Source of the DNA: Hamiltosporidium tvaerminnensis FI-OER-3-3
Taxonomy: Eukaryota; Fungi; Microsporidia
Direction of reading: 5' to 3'
Length of the DNA: 64,000 bases
Assembly (NCBI GenBank): GCA_022605425.2
Contig: JAKIMF020000004.1
Coordinates: forward strand, 1,426,001-1,490,000
In this document: piece after piece, positions 25,272 through 36,602 of the stretch
Numbering within the stretch: position 1 is the first letter of the stretch
How the letters are laid out: each line of letters starts with the position of its first letter
The notes under the pieces: generated by a model
Told to the model about the DNA's origin: nothing
What the model saw: the letters and a program-made list of their open reading frames with translations, nothing else
The model's database searches: none
Program-made: the position numbers and the translations under genes

Positions 25272-25907
25272 ATAAAGATTTTATATTTTAAAATTCCTAT
25301 TTAAATCTTCTATTTATATTAATTAGTAAATATATTTATTCATAAATAAGAAAAGATGGTAGTACAAAAGATAGAAGAAAATGTATATAACTATAAAAAT
25401 AGTTATAACAAATATACCATATTAAATATAAATACTTGTAAAACTTTTAAATTTAATTATGTAAGCTTTTTGTAACAAATTTTGTTGTAATAACTTCTTT
25501 TTTTACTTTAAATAAATAAATTTCTAAGTAATATGATTTTTGATTAGATTTACATTCAAAGTGACATTTTTTTTAGAAATCAATTAGTCTTTTTATAGTA
25601 ATATGTTAATTATATTATAAAAATTAATATGACAGGTTATAATATTAGAATTTGTTATTGAAATAAAAAAGGTAAATTATTTTTTTTTTGGACATGCTCA
25701 ATGGATTTGTCATTTATGGTATATAAATTACAGTCTTGGTGTAAGAAATATAACTTAAATATTTTATAAATTTGTAAATATAATATTTAGAATAATTAAA
25801 TGCTTACTTATTTAATGGCACTACGGTTCATCAAGAGTTCTAGACCTATTTTACCAATAACTTCCATCGAGTAAGTAATTAAAAATATTTTTATGTATTT
25901 AGAGAAA

Positions 25908-26633
25908 GTGGAGGGAGGATAACCGCATAAAAAACTTTCTGCTTGGCAATGAGTGTGTGAAACTGGTGTGAGATCATTGTTTGGATTTTTGGTGGGACCC
26001 AAACCACACTACATCTTCGGTTGTTCTTTGGGAGTTGTTATGAGGAGGAGAGGTCTAACAAATGGAGAAACTTTTTCTACAAATTCATTTGTAGTTTTTT
26101 ACGTAACTAGATTACAGACCGCAGCTTAATATGTAGGGAATTGCCATGTAAAATCATGGAAACCTAGCCTTGTTCACTCGGGTTAGAAGACTTAGCGCCT
26201 GGGAGATATAAAAATAAAAACCCTTAAAAGCCGGGAGAGCTAAGTAGCAGGTTATACCTGTTGGTATGACATTGCACTGTCTAGGTGGACCCCATGTAAT
26301 TCTCTGAAATATATCTTAGCTAGAAGTTTATTGGGTTCAGAAAGTGTAGAGTAAGTGGGAATGCTGCATAGTCTTGGGGGAGCCCAGGGGGGCTTCGGCC
26401 TTCGATCACACACCATGCAACGGACATTAATGAACTCTGGGCAACTGCTTCACCTATTAATTAGGTTCTACACACCTGTTAGATGAAAGGCTTTGGGACG
26501 TAGGTATCGCAGGGGGTACCGATGGAGTCTGGGGTAGCAGTTATTTATGTTAAAACTAGAACTGCGTTAATGTCATGAAAAAAAATATAACACTTGCCAC
26601 TATTTTAAAAAGATGTGATACTTTTAAACAAAA
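25908..26633 (+). mobile_element. 725-bp non-coding element, copy 2, with an imperfect TSD
   Basis: Starts GTGGAGGGAGGATAACC. Flanked by TGTATTTAGAGAAA (25894-25907) and TGTATTTAGAAAAA (26641-26654). Confidence 0.9.
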
Positions 26634-27289
26634 AATTATTTGTATTTAGAAAAAATGAAATGTTTTAAATACATTTAAGGTAATAAAATGTTTGAAATTT
26701 TTATTTAAATTAACAGTAGATTTAAGTTATTATAATTTTATAAGAAATTATAACCCTATTAAAAGATTGTGGTTCAAGAGGTAGAAGGAAATTCATAAAA
26801 TTGTAATAAAAAAGTTTTAACCCAGAGTTATATTTAATATAATAACACCAGTATATAAAACAATCTAATTTCTATAGAATCGTGCATTTCTATTGATAAA
26901 TAACGTAATTTATAATTTTAGTAGTTAGATTTTTAATTACCCCAAGATAAAAAAATGTAGAATGTAACAAAAAAAAGAAATTAGAAATAGAAAAACATTA
27001 AACAGATTAACTTTTAACAAAGTGAAACCTGTTTAAGTTTCTTTGAATAAATAAACATCAATTAAGATTCTATTTGTACAAAAATGGAATTGTGGAATTT
27101 TAGGCTACATTTAGGCTTTTCTATTTGTAAGATAAGACAAAAATATAAAATTAAAGATACTATAATCTATACAGAATCATATAAATTTATTAATCAATTC
27201 TATCGATATTTATTTCATTATTTTTTAGTTACATTTTGTATCATTTCTATGATTCAATTTTTTGAATCTTTTTATAAAATGATACTTTG

Positions 27290-28105
27290 GTGTTAATGAA
27301 GAACAAGGTACATTTACAAACAGTATGTAAATACTTTGTAATTTCTTTGAATCGAAATTAAAAGGTGTCTGCACAGTTTTAAATTCATGTGAGCACATAT
27401 TATTGCCCTCTTGGAATGCCAAGAAAAATGTGCAGAAATTCCATCTTGAAGAGCAGCAACCTAAAGGTAAATTATGTTAATAAAACCCATCTGCAACTAA
27501 AAAAAGGTTCCTTCTCGTAAAATATAAGAAAGAAGATAATATATTTCCAAGATATATTTGAAAATCCTTAACTAGTAAATTTAAATAAAAAAATAGAAAA
27601 CTATATTCAAAGTTATATAATGTTAGAAATAATGTGATAAGATGTATTGGTGATTTTGCAAGTTACTTAACAATAAAAATATTCATCCACAAGATGAAGC
27701 AAGTATCTGTTATATTTAAAATAGAAACTTCCTCAGCATGCCGGTAACAGAATTGGCTTGGAGTATTCTCTGCTTGTCGTAAGAGGCGACTAAAAAAGAC
27801 TGATCTTCGATGTTAGGGTTGGGCGTAGGGCTAACAATCCACCATTTAAAACTACCTTGTTACGAAACCCGATAAGTAACAAACCCAATTGAAAGACCGG
27901 TGGGCGGTATTACTAAGGGAGGCCAAGGCTCGCACAGGGCTGTAGTGCCAAGGATATATGAATGAATTCAAAATGGAAACATATTGAACAACACACTACG
28001 GGGGTTTTAGCAGTGTATTCGATTTGGTATTGCATGGAAATTTGCAACAAAACGTGAAAAAATTTTTGGATTTTACTATATCAGACGATATAGTGAATTT
28101 CCCAG
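27290..28105 (+). mobile_element. Decayed R4/Dong-like non-LTR retrotransposon relic, interrupted by the 240-bp element
   Basis: Broken peptides VLMKNKVHLQ, KVNYVNKTHL, NRKLYSKLYNVRNN and KNIHPQDEASICYI*NRN before the insertion, then FATKREKIFGFYYIRRYSE after it. Paralogous to 5090-5870. Confidence 0.7.
27729..27969 (+). mobile_element. ~240-bp RTE-related short bipartite retroelement with an 11-bp imperfect TSD
   Basis: Contains CTGCTTGTCGTAAGAGGCGACTAAAA, GGGTTGGGCGTAGGGCTAACAA...TGTTACGAAACC and the 3' end GGAGGCCAAGGCTCGCACAGGGCTGTAGTGCC plus an (ATGA)n tail, motifs I recognise from RTE-clade 5' and 3' ends. Flanks AAAATAGAAAC (27718-27728) and AAAATGGAAAC (27970-27980). Confidence 0.8.
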
Positions 28106-28884
28106 TATAAACATATAAAATTTTAACTAAATTTAACTTTACAAACGATTAGAAGTCACACTGTTCCATAAATTTCTCGAAATATGTTGTAAAATAAGAG
28201 TGAACTTTGAATAAAAATAATTGTATAAATTTGAAATTTAAGACCCTGCATATTTGCTTTATAACGGAACTAAACAAAATAACGAGGGGTGAAATAAACA
28301 TAACAAGTCGAAATTCCCTTTTAATTTTTGAATTCGAAAAATTTAGAAAGTATTACTTATTAAAAATTAATTAAATCTTATCTATAAAAGCGGCTTCAAA
28401 TCACAGCTTATAAAATTACTTGGGACGGTATTGTGACAAAATAACATTAAACATATTTAAAAAAATTTCAAATATCCAAAAATGTAGAGGCATATATACA
28501 AAATCAATAAAATACAGAACAAAAGTTGGAGAAATATCATTTCTTCAACAAAAATAAAACTGATTCAGACCAAACTCCTAAAGAGATTAAAAAGCATAAA
28601 TTGGTTTCATATAATGAACCGAAATGCACAAAATCAATACTCTTATAATAGAAACAAGTACTGAGTAATCATTTTTTTAAACAATTAGAAAAAAGTATTA
28701 TATCGTTTATTAAAGCCAACACATTGAAAAAAATGACAATAAATATTGATGAAATGTATAATTTAAAGTTAGATGTCATGGTTGTAAAAATTATGAAAGA
28801 AAATATATCAAAGATTGTAAAATATATTTTTTTTAATTTAAATTTTTATCGATAAAGTATCTTTTTAATTTAAACATAAATGAA

Positions 28885-29095
28885 TTTATTTAATAAAATT
28901 TTGGGTTAACAAATTTTTCTCTTTTCTAAATAATTCTTTCCATCATTTCAACCACTTCTATTTCTTACTCCAACTCCAACTCTTCATTTGTATTAGTTGA
29001 TGGTTCCTTTGCTGTGGTTATACCATCCAAAATAAGGGGTAAAATATTTTTTGTATTTTCCGTTTTAACATCATCTTCCGCGTTGTCTACTTGAA
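28885..29095 (-). pseudogene. Degenerate acidic coding fragment, possibly the C-terminal tail of the same non-LTR ORF
   Basis: QVDNAEDDVKTENTKNILPLILDGITTAKEPSTNTNEELELE*EIEVVEMMERII* with an internal stop, followed by AATAAA. The family link is tentative. Confidence 0.35.
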
Positions 29096-29313
29096 CATAA
29101 ATGAATAATATTTATTTCTTTTTAAATAAAACACTTTATACGAAATTAATATTTTTAGGTGTTATAAATAAGTCTTATAAGAATTAAAATTTCATTTTCT
29201 TTCTTTAAACGATTAAATACTTTATATAATCAATTATTTTACGATTTAAAAAATTTTATTTCTTAATTATTTTAAAATTGAATTAAAAGTTTTAGAATAT
29301 ACCCTACAAATTA

Positions 29314-29727
29314 ATGATATTGATTTATTTATGTTTAATTTTTAGTAGCAGTGTTGAGTTGAAGCGAAAAAGAAGTAATGAATTTGATTGTAAACAGATT
29401 GTTTCTAAAAAGGTAAAAACCGATGACAAACCTTTTGTACCTAACGAATCTAACGGTCAATCTTATAATATGGATGAGAATGGAGCACCTCATGATACAG
29501 AAGAAATCAAAATTAAAGCAGGAACAAGCTATCAAATGGATAATGAAGAAGGGTTGAGATTTGATTCCTCAGAATCATCTTTTTCTAATGATAGTTATAC
29601 AAAAGCAGATACAATATCTATGGATTCAGCATCAGAATCTGAAAAAATTTTTGACGAATTTAATAATGAATCAGAAAAGGTACTATCTAATCTACAGGGT
29701 TGTAGCTATGAAAACTTCAATAGTTAA
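29314..29727 (+). CDS. Small secreted protein with a putative bipartite NLS (137 aa)
   Basis: Short hydrophobic signal-like N-terminus MILIYLCLIFSS, then KRKR-x11-KKVK and an acidic Ser-rich C-terminus; CCC ~10 nt upstream. Confidence 0.7.
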   Translation: MILIYLCLIFSSSVELKRKRSNEFDCKQIVSKKVKTDDKPFVPNESNGQSYNMDENGAPHDTEEIKIKAGTSYQMDNEEGLRFDSSESSFSNDSYTKADTISMDSASESEKIFDEFNNESEKVLSNLQGCSYENFNS

Positions 29728-30777
29728 TAAATTAGCTATCAAACGTTACTAACAACTAAAAAGTTGAGGATTTATTTTTAAAAATTATTAAAATCGTAGA
29801 ACTTGAAATTCTTTACATTTTCTATTTATTTTTACATAAAAAATATTTCCTAAATACCTTTTTTTAATTTTAACTTCATTTTTTATGACCCTCAATCAAA
29901 AATTTTAGCTTCGGTAAAAAAAATTTAAAATTATATGTTATAAAAACAATAATGATAGAAGTAAAAAAAGTCTAAACAGATTACAAATGAAATGAATAAA
30001 ATTATTTAATAATCTTATTGATACAACATGAATCAATTTAAAAAAAATTTAATTTTTAAAATTTAAGAAAATGTTTTTTTTTGGGAATATAAAAACGAAT
30101 TAAAAATCAAATTCATTTGGATATTCAAAAAAACTACATTTAATTGATTAAAAATAATTTTTTAAATTTAAAAAATAATTTAATTAATAATACAGAATTT
30201 ATTGTGAAAAAATTGAATAATTAATTCTAATTTATAATCAAAAATGAAATAAATATAAAAGCTATAGACAATTATTCTTTATGTTTCTTAGTTTATTGAA
30301 TTCAAATTTTTAGATTTAATAGTTGAAGCTGTGAATATTAAAATTATTTATTAGATTTTATATTCGAAATGGAATTATCTAAATGATAATAATTAACATT
30401 TGATTAACTGAATTATAAATATATAATAATGAACATTTAATTAACTGAAAATAAATTTAAAAACAAATTGTTATCTGAAATATTTTAAAAATTTCAATAA
30501 AAATATATTTTCTAATTTTAGATTTAAATTATTATCACAAGCAGATTGATTATTTACACTTGTATGACCATTTATATGATTTAATTTAATTCTATAATTT
30601 AAAGCCATAAAAATTTATCTCATTGCAAAATACTAACATAGAATTTTTAAATTTAAAAAAGAATCAAAAGTCTAAAACACTTACTATTCTTATTTGAACA
30701 ATATATTATTTAGAAAGTAAACTGAAAAATAAAAAATATTAGATCCAAAATAGATTTTTAAATATGGTAGCAAGAGA

Positions 30778-30845
30778 GTGTAACACCGCAAAAAGTTGTA
30801 TCTTATCTGCCAGTTTCAAGCCCGAACAAATGAGGAAGGTTAGGA
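30778..30845 (+). other. Decayed twister-ribozyme-like motif, probably the 5' end of an old RTE-type retroelement
   Basis: TAACACCGC...TGCCAGTTTCAAGCCCGAACAAATGAGGAAGG resembles the twister core UAAC.C.GCC...GCCGGUCCCAAGCCCGGAUAAA.G.GGAGGG, with several C>T and G>A changes. Confidence 0.45.
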
Positions 30846-31672
30846 AATCTGGTTTATATCCCTATCATCAAAAACCAGATTGACACGAATAGAAACAAAA
30901 TTACTAAAAAGATTAAATGATTTTCGCAAGTTAAACACTGAATGGGACCGAAAAAATTTAAAGAAGCCTGAGTGCTTTAATAGCCATATGAATATTTTTT
31001 TGTAAGTAATAATTGGTGCATGTAAATTTTAAAGTGAAATTGTGCAAATAAATCTCGTGTTTTATAAACTCAGGAAATTACAAGAAATTCCAAAAAATTT
31101 AAATGAATATAAATTTTGGTCCGTAAAGTTGGTTACATTCATAAATATTAATAAAATATTTCCTCTTTAATGTAAAATTGAAAAAAAATAAAAATCAAGA
31201 AGAAATTTGTGAGAATGGAATAAAATTAATACTCTAGAATTTTTATTTATAGAATTGCAGAAAATATTTTTGCTAGAAAAAGATATGAACATCATTGAAA
31301 AACTTTTAGCATCGCTTTTTGATAGGTAAAAGAATCAATATTGATTTTGTTAAAAAATATAAATTTATTCATTGAAAAGTGACAGGAAAATAATTCCAAT
31401 AGAAAATTAAAACGAAATAAAAAATTTGATGTAAAAAACGTTTATTATAAATTCGTATGAACTAAACATATAAATATTTATCGAAATAGGGTCTTTAAAA
31501 AAATTTAGTCAAAATAAAAAAATAAATTTAAATCAAATCGAAAAAATAAAAATTCGATTTCAAAACATTCGTTTTACCGATTCTAATGAAAATATAAAAT
31601 AAAATCAAAATTTAATCACAAAAAATCCTTTTAAGGAATATTTAAGACACAGTAAAAAAATTTTTAAAATAA

Positions 31673-33043
31673 TCAATTTAATTCATCGGATAAAAGTATA
31701 ATTTCGTCTCTACTAACCATACCTTTTTTGAATAGGAATAATAACCGATACTCTGAATATATTTTATAATCAAAATCTTCGCATGGAAACTTATTTTGTA
31801 AAATTAATTTTCTACTCCACAAATACCAAAATAAATGGCTATATGCCTGTATTTTATCAATAAATTTTAAAACTTTGGAAACAAAATTATTTATATGAAT
31901 ATCATTTTCAAAATAAATACAATCCTTAAAATTTAAATTTTCGAAGATACTTTCGCCTTTTTTGATAAAAAAAGAGTTTTCATTATTTTTCTTAAAATCC
32001 TGATTAAACATTATTTTTAAATAATCAAATATAAAAATTTTCTTATCATTTTCTGAATATCCTCTTTCCATCTTAGGAATACAATCTACCGTGTAATCAA
32101 ACATTTTTTCACAAAAAATATTTCCTATATCCATAAGAAAACAACCCGTAGATGTATATTCATAGTCTATAAGTCGTATATCCTCCCCAATCTTCATCAT
32201 GTTTTTTAAATGAATGTCATTGTGCACAATTGAAGTTTTATGATGAAATAATGGATAACAAATTTTACAAATGGTTTCATCTGAATCGTTATCTTGAACT
32301 TTATCCATAAAATATAAATTTTTACTGGTATTCAATTCTACTGCACACTCTTGTTTCATTATTTCTGAAAATTTGATATTTTTTATTTTATTAAATATCG
32401 TTCGAATTATTTTTTCTTCAGAAGAAATAGAAAATCCAAATTTTGTATTCTTAAAATCGATTCCGCTTATATTACTCAAAACACTGTCATAATCTTCTAA
32501 AAAAGATATATTTTGTCGGTGGTAGCTTACTGCTGCTTTAGCAATATTTTCAATTTCACACCATTCTACTTCATCATGTTCTACATACTCTTCGATCCTA
32601 TAATTTTCATCGTAAAATAAAATTTTGGGAAAACCTAAATACAAAGATACTAAAGTATCAACATTCGGAATATTAATACTTTTAAAATTACTTTTATGCT
32701 TGCATTTATTTAAAGAAATATCATTAATTTCATTTTGCTTATATTTTAACCAAAAATCTTCACATATTTTAATTTTTTGATTTAAATTATTATTATTAGT
32801 TAAATTATTTCCTTCAATAATATCTTCTTTATTTAATTTCTTATCGGTAAAATGATTTAAATTTAAAGTTTTATCTTCAATATTTTCTATAGGAGATTCT
32901 TTATAAATAAATTTTCTTTTATCTGGAAGTTCAATCGCATAAACATGATTTGAATATGCAATGGTAATTTTTTTATATGATAAGGGTTTTACTTTAAAGT
33001 AATTTTCTACGTTCTTAAGCATTTTTCGCGCACTAAAATTCAT
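31673..33043 (-). CDS. Choline/ethanolamine kinase family protein
   Basis: YSNHVY, GFPKIL...YRIEEYV, Brenner motif HNDIHLKNMM, LIDYEY...DIGNIFCE and SHLFWYLWS; N-rich insertions; CCC upstream. Confidence 0.88.
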   Translation of the reverse strand: MNFSARKMLKNVENYFKVKPLSYKKITIAYSNHVYAIELPDKRKFIYKESPIENIEDKTLNLNHFTDKKLNKEDIIEGNNLTNNNNLNQKIKICEDFWLKYKQNEINDISLNKCKHKSNFKSINIPNVDTLVSLYLGFPKILFYDENYRIEEYVEHDEVEWCEIENIAKAAVSYHRQNISFLEDYDSVLSNISGIDFKNTKFGFSISSEEKIIRTIFNKIKNIKFSEIMKQECAVELNTSKNLYFMDKVQDNDSDETICKICYPLFHHKTSIVHNDIHLKNMMKIGEDIRLIDYEYTSTGCFLMDIGNIFCEKMFDYTVDCIPKMERGYSENDKKIFIFDYLKIMFNQDFKKNNENSFFIKKGESIFENLNFKDCIYFENDIHINNFVSKVLKFIDKIQAYSHLFWYLWSRKLILQNKFPCEDFDYKIYSEYRLLFLFKKGMVSRDEIILLSDELN

Positions 33044-34683
33044 AATTTAGGGTTCTTTTGAAATGTTTTTTTACTTTCTTATCAATTATTTATTTCTTTA
33101 TTAAATCTTAAAGCTAAAATAAGAAATGAAAAATTTTGGTAAATTTAATTTCTCATATTGGAATTTTAATTTGCATTGGCACTTATTTTAATTACAGTTT
33201 AATGAATAAAAATACCGTTAAATATTGTTTTATTAGTTTAACAAAATTAAAAATTAAAAATTGACTAAAAAAGAAAAAAGTTGATAAAACAATATTTCAA
33301 GATAAAGTAAACAATAAATATAATCTATTAGAAATATTTGGATACCACAAAGTATATTTGATTAACTTAAATTTTTTATAAACCGTTGTATTTTTTTGAC
33401 AAGCTTTACCAAAATAAAAAGCTATCTTGATTTTTCTGTCTACCAATTAAATGAACTAAAATAATAAATTTATGGAACAAAAACAGAAGAATTAAATGAC
33501 CTAAAAAAAGAAACAATAAGAAAATTTCAGTTATACGCAAAAAAGCTTGAAAATTTACTAATTATCAGAAAATGAAACAGAATCGATCTAAAAATAACAT
33601 AAAATTCATATATTGTTTTGAAGTTTTAGATTTTTATTTGTTAGCTTTATTTTAATAAGAAATAAACACAAGATCAACAATATTTTGCAAATGAATTGAT
33701 ATCAAAAGCGTATTAGACTGTTCTGAAATTATTAAAATGAATACTCGGTTTTTGATTTTAAACAAATAATTTATGTAAACCGCTCGATAGCAAAAGATTT
33801 CGATAAAGGTTTCGTAGATTTACTTTAATCTCATTCGTAGTACAAAACCGGGAAGGATTTGGACAGAAAATTGCAAAGAAAATATCATTTAAACTTCATT
33901 TGGTTTGCTTTGTTGCTCATCACTTGGTTAATTTAAATATTGAAAAATGACAAAATGAAAAATTTTTTTGCTAAAAAAAACATTTTTTTTTATTCATATT
34001 TTAATCTGCTTTGCATTATCATTGCTCTTTTTACCTGGTTGTTCTTTATATTTAACCATTTACATATTTTGAATTATTTTTTTATTTTGGTTCTTATATC
34101 TACAATAATTTTATCAATTTTTATATTCTCTTGTTTAATACGTTTTTTTGAAATGACTCTGTATAGATATATAACTCGTGATTTAATTTCAGCCCATGAT
34201 GTATTAGATCTATAAATGCATTATATTAGCTGAAATTGATATGAAATCTTCACTTCAAACCCTTAATAATTAAAAAATTAGATTCGATTGTTTTTCTGAT
34301 TACTATCAATTGAACATATGTCTCTATTCTTACATGGATGTGAAGCATCGTAATTCATATGAATGTTTTTAAAGCAAAATAAAAGACATAAAGCATCTTC
34401 TTTAAATATCTTATTGGAAATATTTTGAATTTTTAAGCAAAAAAAAGAAATTACTCTTTAAATGAAAATAATAGCAATTGTATTTTTAATGAATATATTT
34501 GATTAGCGTATTAATCAGCATATTATCATTTTATCTTTTTCGTTTCTAAAAACTTTGTCAAACGAAAGGTTATGTAAAAAAATTCATGAGTCAAAGAACG
34601 TGTGATATTATTAATAAACTATAGTGTATGAGTACTTATATTTAATTAGCTGATTTTTTACATATATAATGTAATGTGTATGG

Positions 34684-34917
34684 TTTTCCCCGCCATGCCG
34701 GGTGCAGAATTGGCTTAGAGTACTCCCTGCTTGTCGTAAGAGGCGACTAAAAGGGACTAGTCCTCCAGATTGGGCGTGATATAACAACTCGCCTTTTAAA
34801 ACCACCTTGTTAAGAAACTCAAAAATGTAAACGAACCCATTGAATAGAGACCGGTATGGTATCACTGAGAGAGGCCAATGTATGTGCAGGATTGTAGGGC
34901 CGAGAAGGAATGAATCA
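34684..34917 (+). mobile_element. ~235-bp RTE-related short bipartite retroelement
   Basis: CATGCCGG...CAGAATTGGCTTAGAGTACTCCCTGCTTGTCGTAAGAGGCGACTAAAAGGG...AAAACCACCTTGTTAAGAAAC...GAGGCCAA...TTGTAGGGCC...GAATGAAT, colinear with 27729-27969. Confidence 0.8.
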
Positions 34918-34969
34918 ATGTGACCTTGGGAAGAACATAGTATACTTTAAACTAAGATTTTAGGTTTAT

Positions 34970-35335
34970 TATTTCCAGATTTGAAGTCAACAAGCTGCTA
35001 GAGAGTTTAATTGCGGAGCAAACAAGATTCTTTTACAAATGTAAGATTTTTTTGGCAAATTATAAAGAAGTATCTACCAGAAATGCAGCAACCCATGGTA
35101 GAAATGGCAAAAAGTGTATTTTTTTTGCTGAAAATAAGTCTGTCTAGAAAAATTTAGAATAAAGACAAATTTAGCATAAATATTAGACAAACCAATCTAG
35201 TGAATCTATAAAATAACATCAAACCGAAAATTACATTCAAAGTTATATAAGTTTAGAAAATAAAAACATTACTTGTGTCCTTGATTTCTTCAAATGATTA
35301 AGAAAGCGAAGATGAAGCTATGTTACATGACGATC
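34970..35335 (+). mobile_element. Decayed R4/Dong-like non-LTR relic (third copy); may continue at ~36140-36260
   Basis: KEVSTRNAA, RKLHSKLYK (GAAAATTACATTCAAAGTTATATAA, identical to the reverse complement at ~5826-5850) and DEAML. The downstream KKTI*IISFYSRTGL fragment is tentative. Confidence 0.6.
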
Positions 35336-36602
35336 TGTTCTTAGATTCGGAATGTAAATATATTCCATGCTACAAAAAAAGTTTTGAAAATTTTGAAACG
35401 CTAGAAATCAAGTAAAGCCTTCGAAAATATCCCATAAAAAATACTTCATGATTATACGAGAAAGCGTAAGTTGATTGCCGAAATATAAACCTAGTTCTCT
35501 TAAATCTTATAATTTTCCGTTTTTATGACATATTTAGGTCTCTCTGTTCAAGAAATCCGTGCAAATGACTAGCTTTAGATTGGAATAGAACCATAATATA
35601 AACCAATCTCAAAAATGAAGAATGTAATTTATATATTTCTTTTTGATCTGAAAATAAATTTGATCACATTAAATGAAATTTGAATTGCTTACAAAATTTA
35701 TTCGACTTCTTAACACCAAAAACGGGTTGTAGACCCCTAAGTATGGAAATAGGTATATATTATAATTTATTGCAGCGAATATTCATATTCACGCCTAGTT
35801 TATGAGCTTTGTCACCATTTAAGATAAAAGGTATCAAATATACTCTAAAGATCCGTAAGTGTAGGTTTAAAATCAATTGGCACAACTATGTATTTAACTA
35901 AATAATAACTAATTATTGGATGTTCTTATACAAATAAAATTATATTTTATTTTGTACCTCAAGTATGGAAGAAAAAAAGAACAGTAAATTGGAGATATAA
36001 TATGATTAATGCGTATAAAAAACCGATCTTTTAAACCAAATCATTAGTTATAGAGGTTACAAAAATATTCGTTTTAAAAATAGAACCAGTCTCTATCAAA
36101 AATATCTTTTATCTCAGTACCTTAAGAGAAGCTACAACAAGTACTCAAAAAAAAACGATTTAAATAATCTCTTTTTATTCAAGAACAGGCTTGGTACCAA
36201 AGCCTAATATCGAGGAGAACAGGTAAGCGACATCATATGATATCATACAAGGAGCTAAGGGGGACAGCAACTTAACTAGCATTAAACATACATGCCATTG
36301 AGGGAGAAGGTGTCATGTAAACAAATACCAAATGTTTTGAATTCTAAAGTATGGACGAAAAGACCAAAAACAAAGGAGTAATTTAAAATATCGAATAATA
36401 CACAAAAATAAAATATTGTTAAATAACACGGAAAAAGACGCAAAATTAAGAATGAAAAAAAGCTCAATTGTAAATAAATTTTATTTTAAATGATTTTCAC
36501 TAATTTAATTCCAAAAAAGTTTGTTATAAACAATTTTCGAAAGGTAATTTATAAAACCTTGTAAAAACACTCCTAAAATATATTGTTTTAAACTATACTT
36601 TA

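Noticed and set aside
26585-26633. Circularly permuted twister across the joined ends of the 725-bp element (TAACACTTGCC...AAAG|GTGGAGGG)
   Set aside because: It resembles the two twister flanks, but the essential P4/L4 (GUCCCAAGC-like) segment and a P1 stem are absent on that strand.
33940-34215. 91-aa hydrophobic ORF (also 23982-24209 and 22093-22287)
   Set aside because: The F/I/L richness is explained by T-rich or tandem-repeat DNA; no CCC-ATG context or homology.
34611-34865. ORFs 34611-34865, 22259-22498, 21578-21769 and 27225-27422
   Set aside because: They overlap mobile-element copies or relics and are not conserved between copies.
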